NCBI RefSeq assembly: GCF_009914755.1
Contig: NC_060931.1
Length of the DNA stretch: 64,000 nt
Source: the human T2T-CHM13v2.0 reference genome, Homo sapiens
Strand: one strand, 5' to 3'
In this document: piece by piece, positions 18,029-29,870 of the stretch
Position numbering within the stretch: position 1 is the stretch's first letter
How the letters are laid out: every line of letters starts with the position of its first letter
Translations under genes and position numbers: made by a program
Notes under the pieces: model-generated
Seen by the model: only the letters and a program-made list of their open reading frames with translations
Told to the model about the DNA's origin: nothing
The model's database searches: none

Positions 18029-18060
<32 letters not shown>
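18029..18060. repeat. (AG)16 microsatellite
   Basis: Directly visible. Confidence 0.95.
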
Positions 18061-18062
<2 letters not shown>

Positions 18063-18238
18063 AAGCCATGTCTCAACTGCCTACAATCCCTGGAGTGTTC
18101 TTTCAGCTACCTGCCACCCATCCACCAGCTCCCCTCGGACCCCCAGCTTGGCTGGAACCTGACGATATTACACAAGGAAATAAATGCTAATAATAAGTAG
18201 CACTTACATAACTCTTACTATGTGTCAGGCACTGATCT

Positions 18239-18940
18239 TGTTACAGTAGGTAGTCAGACATGAGCAGGGCAGGAGAGGCTTCCCCCAATCAGCCAGGAAC
18301 ATTAGGCAACATCAGGTGATGATCAGGTGATTGTTAGATTGTCTCTCTAAAATAATAATCGATTGCAGTCAGCACCATGGAAAGACAGTCTCCCAATAGA
18401 TAGAAAACACTTGAAACTGATGATCAGCAGCTTCCTAATAAGATGTCAGGAACTGGGCAAGTGGTCTTAAGCATGCACGAGTAGAGGCAAAATTGCTGAG
18501 TTTAACTGGTATATGACCTTTCTCTAGGAACATTCAACCAGTAAGTGGAAAATGCCCCAAGTAAGCATGTGTACTATTTAGGAAACACACTGAGCATGTA
18601 GCCCCTACCAAGTGCTGGCAGCCCATTGCACATGCAGACAGCCCACCCAAAGGGAAGAATTAGGGGAGAAAGGATACAACATCCCAGAAACATGCCAATG
18701 TATAAAACCCCAAGTGAAAAGTCAAACCTTGCGCATGAATTTCTCAAGTTGCCCACTTGTTCCTCTTCAAAATGTACTTTACTTTCTTTCATTCCTGCTC
18801 TAAAATGTTTTAATAAACTTTCACTCCAGCTCTAAAAGTTGCCTTGATCTTTATCTCTGCCTTATGACCTTCGGTTGAATTCTTTCTTCTGAGGAGGCAA
18901 GAACTGAGGTTGCTGCAGAATCCTGTGGATTTGCTGGCTA
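18239..18940 (+). mobile_element. Solo ERV1 LTR, MER50-like, inserted into an antisense MIR remnant
   Basis: Starts tgttacagtaggtagtcagacatgagcagggcaggagagg. Contains TATAAAA at ~18701, AATAAA at ~18812 and the end motif gaggaggcaagaactgaggttgctgcaga. The left flank (taataagtagcacttacata...tatgtgtcaggcactg) is MIR-like. Confidence 0.85.
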
Positions 18941-18949
18941 TCTCTTAGT

Positions 18950-20105
18950 ACTATACATTTATATATGCACATATCTTTGTAAATACATAAGTATTTACAA
19001 GAGTAAATATACACATGTATTTACAAAAGTAGAGATACATATTTACAAAGATGTATATATAAAAATATATGCTATATAAAATATATAAATATATGATGTA
19101 TATATAAAAATATGTTATATAAATATATATACATAAATACATATATTTATATACCTTATGGACCTTTATATGTATACACATATATATTTTAATATATCTT
19201 ATATTTATATATAAGGTATATATAATGTATGTAATATATAAACATATATAAATATATATACACAAAGGTGTATATATAAAATATATGGTATATAAATATG
19301 TAGTATATAAATATATATAAGTATACATATTTATATACTTTATGTACCTTTATATATGTGTACACATATATATATCTTCTATTTATATAGGTATGTACAA
19401 TTATATGGTATATAAATATATATTTTATATATACAAAGGTGTATATATAAAATATATGGTATATAAATATATATGCTTATATATACAAACATACAAACAT
19501 ATATATATTTATACCTTATATACCTTAAATATTTATATACCTTATATAACTTTATATAGGTATAAACACATATATACCTTATATATGCAAATATTTACAT
19601 ATAATTATATACATCTATTTATGTACTTCATATGATATATAAATATATAAGCATATATATCTTATATTTATATGTATATAAATATATAAGGTGTGTGTAT
19701 ATTTACACCATATATATATATGCACACACCTTATATACATTTTTTACCATATATATCTTACATGTATATAAGATACACATATCTTATATAACGGGTATTA
19801 AATATAAGGTATATATTTATATGCATATAGTTTGTAAATACATGTATGTATATTTACCCTTACAAATACATGTATATATATTAACACTTGTAAATATATA
19901 TATATTTACCTTTGTAAACATGTATATATTTAGCTTTGTAAACATGTATATATATTTATCTTAGTAAACATATGTGTGTGTATGTGTGCATATATATATA
20001 TATATATATAACCTTTGTAAACATGCATATATGTATTTACCTTTGTAAATATATATATGTTTGGGTGTGTGTGAGTGTGTGTGTGTGTGTATACATATTT
20101 GTGTG
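18950..20105. repeat. TA-rich low-complexity block with degenerate higher-order repeats and a terminal (TG)n
   Basis: Almost entirely TA/CA dinucleotides. acaaaggtgtatatataaaatatatggtatataaatat occurs at 19262 and 19433, and ~25-bp ttgtaaacatgtatatatttacc units occur at 19830-20060. Confidence 0.9.
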
Positions 20106-20107
20106 TG

Positions 20108-20850
20108 GAGATAGAATGCAAATCAGCCAGAGGTTACCAGAGGCTAGGGCTGGAGGAAGAGGTTGATTTAAAAGGGTCATGAGGAAATGATTGAACTGCT
20201 CTACACTTTGATTATGGAATTTGTTTACACTGAAAAGAGTGAATTTTGGAGTCTCTAAATTATACCTTTTAAAAAAAGTGCTAAAAAAAGGAAAAAGGAA
20301 AAAAAACACTTTGACCTCATATAGTTAATATGTAAGTAATGATGTGGTATTTGCAAAGCATGTAACATAATAGTATTCAGAATATATAAATAACTACAAA
20401 TCAATAAGAATAACAGGAAAGAACCATCCAGTTAGAAATTTTGTGAATAATGTCAGTAAAAAATTAACAAAAATGAGAACTTTAATGGCCAAGAAATGAA
20501 AATATGCTCAACTTCATTTCTGAGTATTACAAAATACAGAAATAATAGACTTATTTTCCTAGAATGGCAAAAAATTAAAGAAGTATAATCATACATGTTA
20601 GAATCTGGAGGAAAAGATACTAGAGGAAAATACGCTTACACAGTGGAGCATTTCAAAATTGATACAGTCCTTTTGGGCAGATATCTATCAGTGTCCTGTA
20701 AAGCAGAAAATAAGCACACCCAATTACTCAGAAATTCTACTAAGTATTTATTCTAGATATATTTTTGCACTTGTATAAAAGGATATGTGTATACAAAATA
20801 TTCATCAAAGAATTACTTATAACAAAGAAATAGAAGCTGTATCAGGAAAA
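20108..20850 (+). mobile_element. Old L1M (L1MB/L1ME-type) 3' fragments
   Basis: gaggttaccagaggctagggc...ctctaaattatacctt followed by an A tail, then an ORF2 3'-region remnant (aattactcagaaattctactaagtatttattctag). Confidence 0.55.
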
Positions 20851-21979
20851 ATTAGAAGCATCAAATGTGGCACTATTAAAAATATGGCTGATTCTGGTAA
20901 CCTTAGCATTGAGTGAGTTTCTTATCTGTAATAAGAGAATTGTACTTTGTCTATCTCATGGTGTTATCTGGAATAAAATATTTAATCAGTACCTGGTATA
21001 ATATAGGATTATTGATTACAATCATTGACACTTATCTTTATAAGCCAGATAAAATAGGAATTATTTTACATGACCAAGAGTGAGAATAACTCTTATTTTC
21101 TCATTTGACTTTATGGGACTATTTTTGTCACCTCCCTTAAAACGTTTATTGGTGTCTTTCATAGAGTAGCTGGCCTTTTTCTTCCTCTCCCAACTATGGC
21201 TTCCTTATAGTGGGTGTCAGTAGGGAACATCTCTGCTTTGATCCCCACCACTAGCTTGCTAATGGAACCTCAGTACTTGTTTTGAACTGAATTTAAACAT
21301 TTTACAATTTAATTGTTATTTTAAAAGTGTAAAGTGACAGAATTTTATTTATTTCTAACTTATATTTTGAATTACTACTATATAATTCTTCTTGTTATAT
21401 GTTGTCATCTGGGAGAAGATTGATCACTGTAATATGCCATATAATTTTTCTCACATACTGTAATTGTTATTTACTTTTCTGTCAGTTTGATTTTATCTGG
21501 AGTGTAAAAATCAGATTTTGTCTATAGTCACCAATATAATCTTCAAATTTCAAATAACCTTAGTGCTCTAGAGCTCATGGTTGACAATTAGATCGAAGTC
21601 ATTATGTGACTCATGAAGAGGTTAATAGAATGATTGAAATGTCAACCCTTTATTTACATGTTAACATAGAGTAATTCTCACTTCTCATGCAAACAGCACT
21701 CTTTGTAACATGCTACTCATCTTACCAGATATTAGAGTATGTAATCTATCTTCTATAAAAAATATTTACTCTTCCCTGTATCTTTTTAGTGTATATGTTT
21801 TCTAATGACTATATATAATTTAGGAGATACAGAAAAAATAAAAATCAATTTCTACAACACTTAAACCTCAATGAAAATATCTTCCTCAGATTTTCAGATT
21901 ATTAGAACAAGAGAATATATTTTCATACCTATTCAAATAAATATTCCAATTTTCACTTCATTTTGTGTATATTTATCTT

Positions 21980-22265
21980 TTCTTTTTTTAAATTTCTAGA
22001 GGCAGTTTCTTACTCTTTCATCCAGGCTAGAGTGCAGTGATGCAATCACAGCTCACTGCAGCTTTGACCTCTTGGGTTTAAGTTATCCTCCCACCCAGCC
22101 TCCTGAGAAGCTGAGACCACAGGCATGCATCACCAAGCCTGGTCAATTTTGTTTTTGTTTTTGTTTGTTTGTTTTTGATTTTTTGTAGAGACAAAATCTT
22201 GCCAAGTTTCTCAGGCTGGTCTCAAACTCCTTGACTCAGCTATCTTCCCACCTCAGCCTCCCAAA
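21980..22265 (-). mobile_element. AluJ-type SINE
   Basis: ccaggctagagtgcagtgatgcaatcacagctcactgcagc...cctcagcctcccaaa, antisense Alu with J-type diagnostics. Confidence 0.88.
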
Positions 22266-23034
22266 TGTGTATACTCATCTTGAGAATTTTAAACTTTTCC
22301 ATATACCTTTTAGATTGAATTTGACCAATTTTACTCCTTCCTAGTTATTTTCAACTTTCACATTATTATAAAAGATATAAGAAAGTATAGAAAGAAAAAA
22401 ATTAATGAGTAAACTGGAGAGTATAGCTATAAACACACTGAATATATAAATTACTGTCAAAGCAGATATATTTTTTGAAAATGAAGAGTGCTGCTTACCA
22501 GGCCAGGAACAAGGACAACTGATGTAAAAACCTGGGAAAACTGAGATAAGTTTCATACAAATGATAAATAATTACTGTAACCACACACAGATCCAGTAAA
22601 TGCATTGCAACATACACTAGCTAAAATGTCCCTCATTGTAATGTATTTATTTTTACTTTTTCTTTAAAGCATTTTTCCATTCTTTCATTGTTACATCTAC
22701 TAAGTGTCAGGACAGGATCTAGGTGCTCTAACGCACCACTAAAGGAAATAGATGACATGTTCATTCTTGGGATATCTAGTCTCAAGTTTTCCTATTTTAT
22801 AAAGGTGTCAACACTTTTCAGTATTTTAAATGATTTACCATGAATCATGCATAACCCATAACTAAGTCATCCTATTTAGGTAGAAATGTGAAGTGAAACC
22901 AGTAAGAGAAGAACATTATTTAAAGGAAAATCTATGCTCCCAAATTCCTGATGATTTCCAAACTAATTCCTTTTAGCTATCATCTTCAGGGAAGAAGTAG
23001 TGAAGTGTAGGAAAATCTCTATCCATCCATCATA

Positions 23035-23036
<2 letters not shown>

Positions 23037-23083
<47 letters not shown>

Positions 23084-23100
23084 GTCTATCTATCTATCTA
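23037..23100. repeat. Compound tetranucleotide STR (TCTA)11 TCTG (TCTA)4
   Basis: Counted directly from the sequence. Confidence 0.95.
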
Positions 23101-23762
23101 TGAATAAAGTTGTCACTCTGTGGGAATATCTTTCAAAGGCAAATCATTTATCATAACAAGTAATTGGAGTAAAGAAAAAAATATATCCAAATAGTGATAG
23201 GAACTTAAGGGACAGAAAATAAAAAGCAAAAACAATAACATTTTAAGGTTCCTCAAAGTCAGTTTTAAATGATTTTTAGACTACCTCCTTTTCCTCTCCA
23301 AAATAACTTTTTATGATACGCTACATAGCTTCTGATATTCTAAGTCACCAGGAATAATAGTTTTCCAGATTTATGTTGACCAGTGGTAATAAGTACATCA
23401 TTTTAAATAGTCCTTCCATATTTTATAGGAAATATTGGTGTCCCCTCAATAATAAAAGTTTAAAATTTCTTTTTTATTTCAATAGCTTTAGGGGTACAAA
23501 TGGTATTTGTTTACATGGATGAATTGTATAGTGATGAAGTCTGGGATTTTAGTGCACTCATCACCTGAGTAGCGTACATTGTGCCCGTAGGTAGTTTTTC
23601 ATCCCTCACCTTCCTCCCACCTTCCTCACTTCCGAGTCTCCAATGTTCATTTCTACTCTGTGTATGCCTTTGCATGTCATAGTTTAGTTCCCACTTTAAG
23701 TGAGAACATACAGTATTTGCTTTTCCATTTCTGAGTTACTTCACTTAGAATAATGTCCTCCA

Positions 23763-24064
23763 GGCCAGGCGTGGTGGCTGACGCCTGTAATCCCAGCACT
23801 TTGGGAGGCAAAGGTGGGTGGCTCACGAGGTCAGGAGATCGAGACCATCCTGGCTAACATGGTGAAAACCCATCTCTACTAAAAATACAAGAAATTAGCC
23901 GGGTGTGGTGGCGGGCGCCTGTAGTCGCAGCTACTTGGGAGGCTGAGGCAGGAGAACGGTGTCAACCCAGGAGGCCGAGCTTGCAGTGAGTCAAGATCGC
24001 AGCACTGCACTCCAGCCTGGGCAACAGAGTGAGACTCCGTCTCAAAAAAACAACAACAAAAAAG
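23763..24064 (+). mobile_element. AluY inserted in the L1PB
   Basis: Y diagnostics gagatcgagaccatcctggctaac and gagcttgcagtgag. Perfect 15-bp TSD gaataatgtcctcca at 23748-23762 and 24065-24079. Confidence 0.95.
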
Positions 24065-24137
24065 GAATAATGTCCTCCAGTTCCATTCAAGTTGTGGCAA
24101 GACATTATTTCGTTATTTTTTATGGCTGAGTAGTACT

Positions 24138-24139
<2 letters not shown>

Positions 24140-24173
<34 letters not shown>
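24140..24173. repeat. (TG)n microsatellite within the L1PB
   Basis: Directly visible. Confidence 0.95.
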
Positions 24174-24175
<2 letters not shown>

Positions 24176-25756
24176 CCACATTTTTCTTTATCCACTTACG
24201 GGTTGATGGGCACTTAGGTTGATTCCATATATTTGCTATTGTAAATTATGCCACAATAAACATACATGTGCCAGTGTCTTTTTAATATATTGACTTCTTT
24301 TTCTTAGGGTAGATACCCAGTAGGAGGATTACTGGACTGAATGATAGATCTACTTTAGGTTGTTTGTGAAATCTCCATACTGTGTCCCATAGAGGTTGTA
24401 CTAACATTCCATATCCACACCAACATCTATGTTTTTTTTTTCTTTTTTTTAATGGTCATCTGGCTGGTGTAAGGTGTTATGGTGATATCTTATTGTGGTT
24501 TTATTTGCATTTCCCTGATAATTAGTGATATTAAACATTTTTCTAATGTTTCTTGGCCACTTGTATATCTTTTTTGAGAGATGTCTATTCATGTCATTTG
24601 CCCACTTTTTAATAGGATTATTTGATGATTTTCTTGCTAATTTGAGTTCCTGGTAGATTATGAATATTAGCCCTTTGTTGCATGAATAATTTGCAAATAT
24701 TTTCTCTCATTCTGTAGGTTGTCTATTCTGATAATCATTTATTTTGCTGTGTAGAAACTTTTTAGTTTTATTAGGTCCTATTTATTTAGTTTTGTTTTTG
24801 TTCCATTTGGTTTTAGGGCCTTGGTCATAAATTGTTTGCCTAGACCAATGTCCAGAAGAGTTTTTCTTCAGTTTTCTTCTAGAATTTTTATGGTTTCAGA
24901 TTTTAAATTCTTTAATTCAGCTTGAGTTAATTTTTGTATATTGTGAGAGATAAGGATCTAGTTTCATTCATCTACATGTGGCGATTCAATTTCCTCAGCA
25001 CCATTTATTGAATAAAGTGTCCTTTCTCCAATTTATGTTTTTGTATGTTTTGTCAAAGATCAGTTGGTTTTAAGTATTTGGCTTTATTTCTTGGTTCTGT
25101 ATTCTATTCCACTGGCCTATGTATCTACCTTTATACCAATACCATGTCGTTTTGCTTACTATAGCCTTGTGGTATAGTTTGAAGTTAGATAATGTGATGC
25201 TCTAGATTTGTTTCTTTTTGTTTAGGATTGTTTTGGTTATTTGGGCTCTTTTTTGGTTCCATATGAATTTTAGGATTTTTTTTCTAATTCTATGAAAGAT
25301 CTTGGTGTTTTGATAGGAATTGTATTAAATCAGTAGATTGCTTGAAGGAGACATAGAGTCATTCTCAGACAAGCAAATGATGGGGGAATTTGACACTACT
25401 AGACTAGCCCTACAAGACATGCTAAAAGGAATTCTAAACCTTGAAACAATAGATCTATACATATCAGAATAGAAACTCCTGAAAGCATAAAATTTACTGG
25501 GCTTATGAAACAATAACATAAGGAAGGAAACAAAACCACTAGGAAACAATAAACACTATGACAGAAACAGTACCTCACATCTCAGTATTAACATTGAATA
25601 TAAATAGTCTCAGTGCTCCACTTAAGAAATATACAATGGCAAAATTGATAAAAAATAAAAAACAAAATATCTACTTTCTTCAATAATAGAAGTTTCTTGG
25701 CAAAGAAACTTTGCCAAGTGTGCACCTAAGCAGAAAAGAAATAACATTTTTAAAAT

Positions 25757-27988
25757 TTTTTTTATCTTTTTATTTATTTAAACTTTTATTTTATGTTCAG
25801 GGGTACATGTGCTGGTTTATTCTATAGGTAAACTTCTGTCATGGGGGTTCGTTGTACAGATTATTTTGTCACCCAGGTATTAAGCCTAGTACATGTGAGT
25901 TATTTTTCCTGATCCTCTTCCTCCTCCCAAGCTTCTCCCTCAAGTAGGCCCAAGTGTCTGTTGTTCTCCTGTATGTGTCCATGTGTTCTAATCATTTATC
26001 TTCCACTTATAAGGAGAACATGTGGTATTTGGTTTTCTGTTCCTGCATTAGTTTGTGAAGGATAATGACTTCTAGCTCCATCCATGTTCCTGCAAAGAAT
26101 ATGATCTCATTCTTTTTGATGGCTGCGTAGCATTCCATGGGTATATGCACCACATTTTCTTTATCCAGCCTAGCATTGATGGGCATTTAGGTTGATTCCA
26201 TGTCTTTGCTATTGTGCATAGTGCTGCATTGAACACACATGTGCACATGTCCTTGTAAGAGAATTATTTCTATTCTTTTGGTATATACCCAGTAATGGGA
26301 TTGCTGCATCAAATAGTTCTTCTTTTATCACTTTGAGAATTTACCACACTGCTTTCTGCATTGGATGAACTAGTTTACACTCCCATCAACAGTATATAAG
26401 GATTCATTTTTCTCCACAATCTTGCCAACACCTGTTATTTTTTGACTTTTTAATAATACTCATTCTGACTGGTATGAGATGGTATTTCATTGTTGGTTTG
26501 ATTTGCATTTCTCTAATGATCAGTGATGTTGAGCTTTTTTTCACATGCTTGTCGGCAGCATGTATGTCTTTTGAAAAGTGTCCATTTTTGTCCTTTGCCC
26601 ACTTTTTAATGGGGTTGTTTTTTTCTTATAAATTTGTTTAAGTTTCTTATTGATACTGGATATTAGACCTTTGTCAGATATATAGTTTGCAAAATTTTTC
26701 TCCTATTCTGTCAGTTGTCTGTTTACTCTGTTTATAGTTTCCTTTGTTGTGCATAAGCTATTTAGTTTAATTAGACCCCATTTGTCAATTTTTGCTTCTG
26801 TTGCAATTGCTTTTGGAGCCTTCATTGTGAAATCTTTGTCTGCGCCTATGTCCTGAGTGGTATTACCTAGGTTGTCTTCCAGGGATTTTTATAGTTTTGG
26901 GTTTTATGTTTAAGTCTTTAATCCATCTTGAGTTGATTTTTAATATGCTGTAAGTAAGGGGTCCAGTTTCAATCTTCTGCATATGGCTAGCTAGTTATCA
27001 AAGCATCATTTATTGATTAAGGAGTCCTTTCCCCATTGCTTGCTTTTGTCAGCTTTGTCAAAGATTGGATAGTTTAGGTGTGTGGCCTTATTTCTGGGCC
27101 CTCTATTCTGTTCCATTTGTCTGGTGCCTGTTTTTGTACCACTACCATGCTGTTTTGGTAACTGCAGCCCTGCAGTATAGCTTGAAGTCTGGTAGTGTGA
27201 TGCCTTAAGCTTTGCAGAAAAGGGTTTCAATAAAATTCAACATCCCTTCACATTAACAACTCTCAATAAATTAGGTATTAAAGGAACATACCTCAAAATA
27301 AGGATAGTCATCTGTGACAAAACCATAGACAGCATCATACTCAATGGACAAAAGCTGGAAGCATTCCCCTTGCAAACTAACACATGAAAAGGTTGTCCTC
27401 TCTCACCACTCCTATTCAACACACTATTGGAAATCCTGGACAGGGCAATTGTGCAAGAAAAAGAAATGAAATGTATCCAAATAGGAAAAGAGGAATTCAA
27501 ACTATCCCTATTTGAAGACAACATGATCTAGAAAAACCCATAGTCTCAGCCTGAGAGCTCTTTCAGCTGATACCCAACTTTAGCAAAGTCTCAGAATATA
27601 AACTCAATGTACAAAAATCACTAGCATTCCTATACACTAACGACAGTGAAACAGACAGCCACACCAGGAACTCAATTCCATTCACAATTGCCACAAAAAG
27701 AATAAAATTCCTAGGAATACAGCTAGTCAGGGAGATGAAAGATCTCTACAAGGAGAACTACAAACCACTGCTCAAAGAAATTAGAGATGACACAAACAAA
27801 TGAAAAAACAGTCCATGCTCATGGATAGGAAGAATCAATACCATTAAATGACCTTACTACCCAAAGCAATGTATAGATTCAACGTTATTTCTTTCCAAAT
27901 AGCAATGAAGTTCCTAACAATTAGAAAAAACTTAAAAGTCATATGGAACTGAAATAAAGGAGCCCAAATAGCCAAGGCAATCCTAAGC
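25757..27988 (-). mobile_element. L1PA (about L1PA13-15) with a 5' inversion: antisense part ~25757-27214, sense RT piece 27213-27988
   Basis: 3' UTR ttgtacagattattttgtcacccaggtattaagcctagtac. Orientation flips at gccttaagctttg|cagaaaagg. The sense piece ends gccaaggcaatcctaagc, about 8 nt upstream in L1 of where the antisense part begins. Confidence 0.88.
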
Positions 27989-28955
27989 GTATTTTTTTGT
28001 TATTTTTTATTTTTAATTGTTGCAGGTTTTGTTTTGAGGACATCTGTTCTGGTCCTGAATTGGTCAGTAATTGACAGTTATTATATATCTAAATACATTT
28101 GTCTCTTTAGACTTTAATTATGTGAGCGAACAGGTTGGAGTGAGCCTTTAACATTTCTTCTAATTCAAATATTTGGTTAATATTTTATTTTAATAATAGA
28201 ACCTCCCATATTCTCTCCCTTTTATGATTTTCATCTCTTAAATATTTCCCCTATGTAGTTTTCTAATTTTCTCCTTCTTTTTCTTCATGGAGAAACTTCT
28301 GAAAGAATAAATTTTATGTGTTTTTCTACATCTAAAACTCCTATTCACTGACACCTCAACTCTCTAATATGGCTTCTTCTCTTGTTCCTTAGCTGAAATT
28401 ACTACTTTTTCGTTCACCAAGGACCTTTGTATTACTAAACCAAGATAAACTTATGAGTTCTTATCTCACTTAAACCCATTGCAGGACATGACCTTGTGGA
28501 ACACTTTCTCTTTTATTATGTTCTCTCTATCATAGTCTTCCAGGACAGTACCATCTTCTTTTTATTTTTTCCTACTTCTTTAGGTACTCCAGCTTTTTTC
28601 TTTCTCTACCCTTTTCTTTGGTACTGGTATTCTCCAGTTTCATCTTCAACTCTTACTTCACTCAATCCTGTAAAATTTTATGTGTATGTATGAATAAGTT
28701 AATATCTATAAATTCAATTACCACTTATCCTTATGTTTCTAAATCTCTATCGCTAAATCAAATTTTTCTTAGGTTCTGCTTTACCACATATAGAGTATTT
28801 ATCTGAATATCCAACAGAATGCTAAAATTTAACAAATACAAAAAATCATTTTAGTTCTCTACTCTCCAAATGTGTTTCTCCCACTGTGTTCTTTATCCTT
28901 GCATGTTGCGCTAGTTATTTAGTTGGTTGTCTTTAAATTATCCCCAATTTTCAGA

Positions 28956-29149
28956 TTTTTTTTTCTTTGTGTGTGTGTGGTGCAGACATTTAAAATCTGC
29001 TCTCATCACATGTCTATGGGTGTTGATGGATGCGATAATTCAATTTTGTAATTATTACACAATGCATAAATGTGTCAAATTATCAAATTGCATATCTTGA
29101 ATGTATACAATTTTTGTTTGTCAATTATACCTCATTAAAAATGGAAAAA
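28956..29149 (+). mobile_element. Short L1MA/L1MB 3' end with an inverted ~50-bp 5' segment
   Basis: 29005-29149 is a sense L1M 3' terminus (...tttgtcaattatacctcattaaaaatggaaaaa). 28956-29004 reverse-complements to gagagcagattttaaatgtctgcaccacacacacacaaagaaaa, the segment immediately upstream in that 3' end. Confidence 0.7.
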
Positions 29150-29704
29150 TTATCAAACTATTTTTATACCTATTATAATATCTTGGGGGGGGACTAGCCC
29201 CGTGATTTTTTGTAGGTATATATTAATAATCTAATAGCTTGCTGACTGGTCTCTTGTTTTCCACTCCAAGCTTTGTTTAAAATATTGGCATAGCTTGAGC
29301 TTTATGAAGCAATAAACTTATTCGAGTGCTTGTCCCATTGGAATCCTTCAAAGTCTTCTCTTTGCTATTAAGATATAGTCAGAATTACTTAACATGGGGT
29401 AAAAACCCTTTCAGATTTGCTCCTGTCCATCTTTTCTGACTACCCCACCACAGAGCTCTCTCTGGTGCATGAGTCTTTGGAGTCCATGAAAAACCTCCTG
29501 AGCCCCAATTCCTAGAAAAGTATTTCATATCCAAAATATTTTCATCTAATCACCAAGAAATGTAGGCAATTTTTTTTTAAAAGAAGAAAAGAAATGGTGG
29601 GAAGACATTAATTATGTAAGTCTTTTTAAATTGAAGGATAGCTTATAAAGTTTAATCAAGGTAATATAGAATTATATTTTCTGAACTATACAGAGTAATG
29701 CCTT

Positions 29705-29870
29705 CATCTAAGAATCAAAAACCTAAATTCTCATCTTGAATCTCTTATCAATTAGTTGTGTGACTTTCAACAAATTACATAACTTTTTAGGGACTCAGTT
29801 TCTTACCTGTAAAATAATTTTGTAGTGTTGTTAGATTATTTCTCCAGCCTCTTCTAGTTCTGACTTTCTA
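29705..29870 (+). mobile_element. MIR SINE
   Basis: tagttgtgtgactttcaacaaattacataactttttagggactcagtttcttacctgtaaaat matches the MIR core. Confidence 0.7.

Larger units (their letters stand above)
23462..25683 (-). mobile_element. L1PB (PB2-PB4-like) with a 5' inversion: antisense 3' part ~23462-25343, sense ORF1-end/ORF2-start piece 25343-25683
   Basis: L1PB-type 3' end ttatttcaatagctttaggggtacaaatgg. Orientation flips at gtagattgctt|gaaggagac, and the ORF2 ATG lies on + at 25558. Flanking TSD tcaataata(a/g)aagttt at 23446-23461 and 25680-25695. Confidence 0.85.

Noticed and set aside
19262-19470. 171-bp offset suggesting alpha satellite
   Set aside because: The sequence is TA low-complexity with no alphoid similarity or CENP-B box, and another anchor gives an offset of 184.
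18951-20166. Tyr/Ile-rich ORFs (similar ones at 39734-39934, 51703-51963 and 53869-54084)
   Set aside because: Translation artefacts of TA-rich low-complexity DNA.
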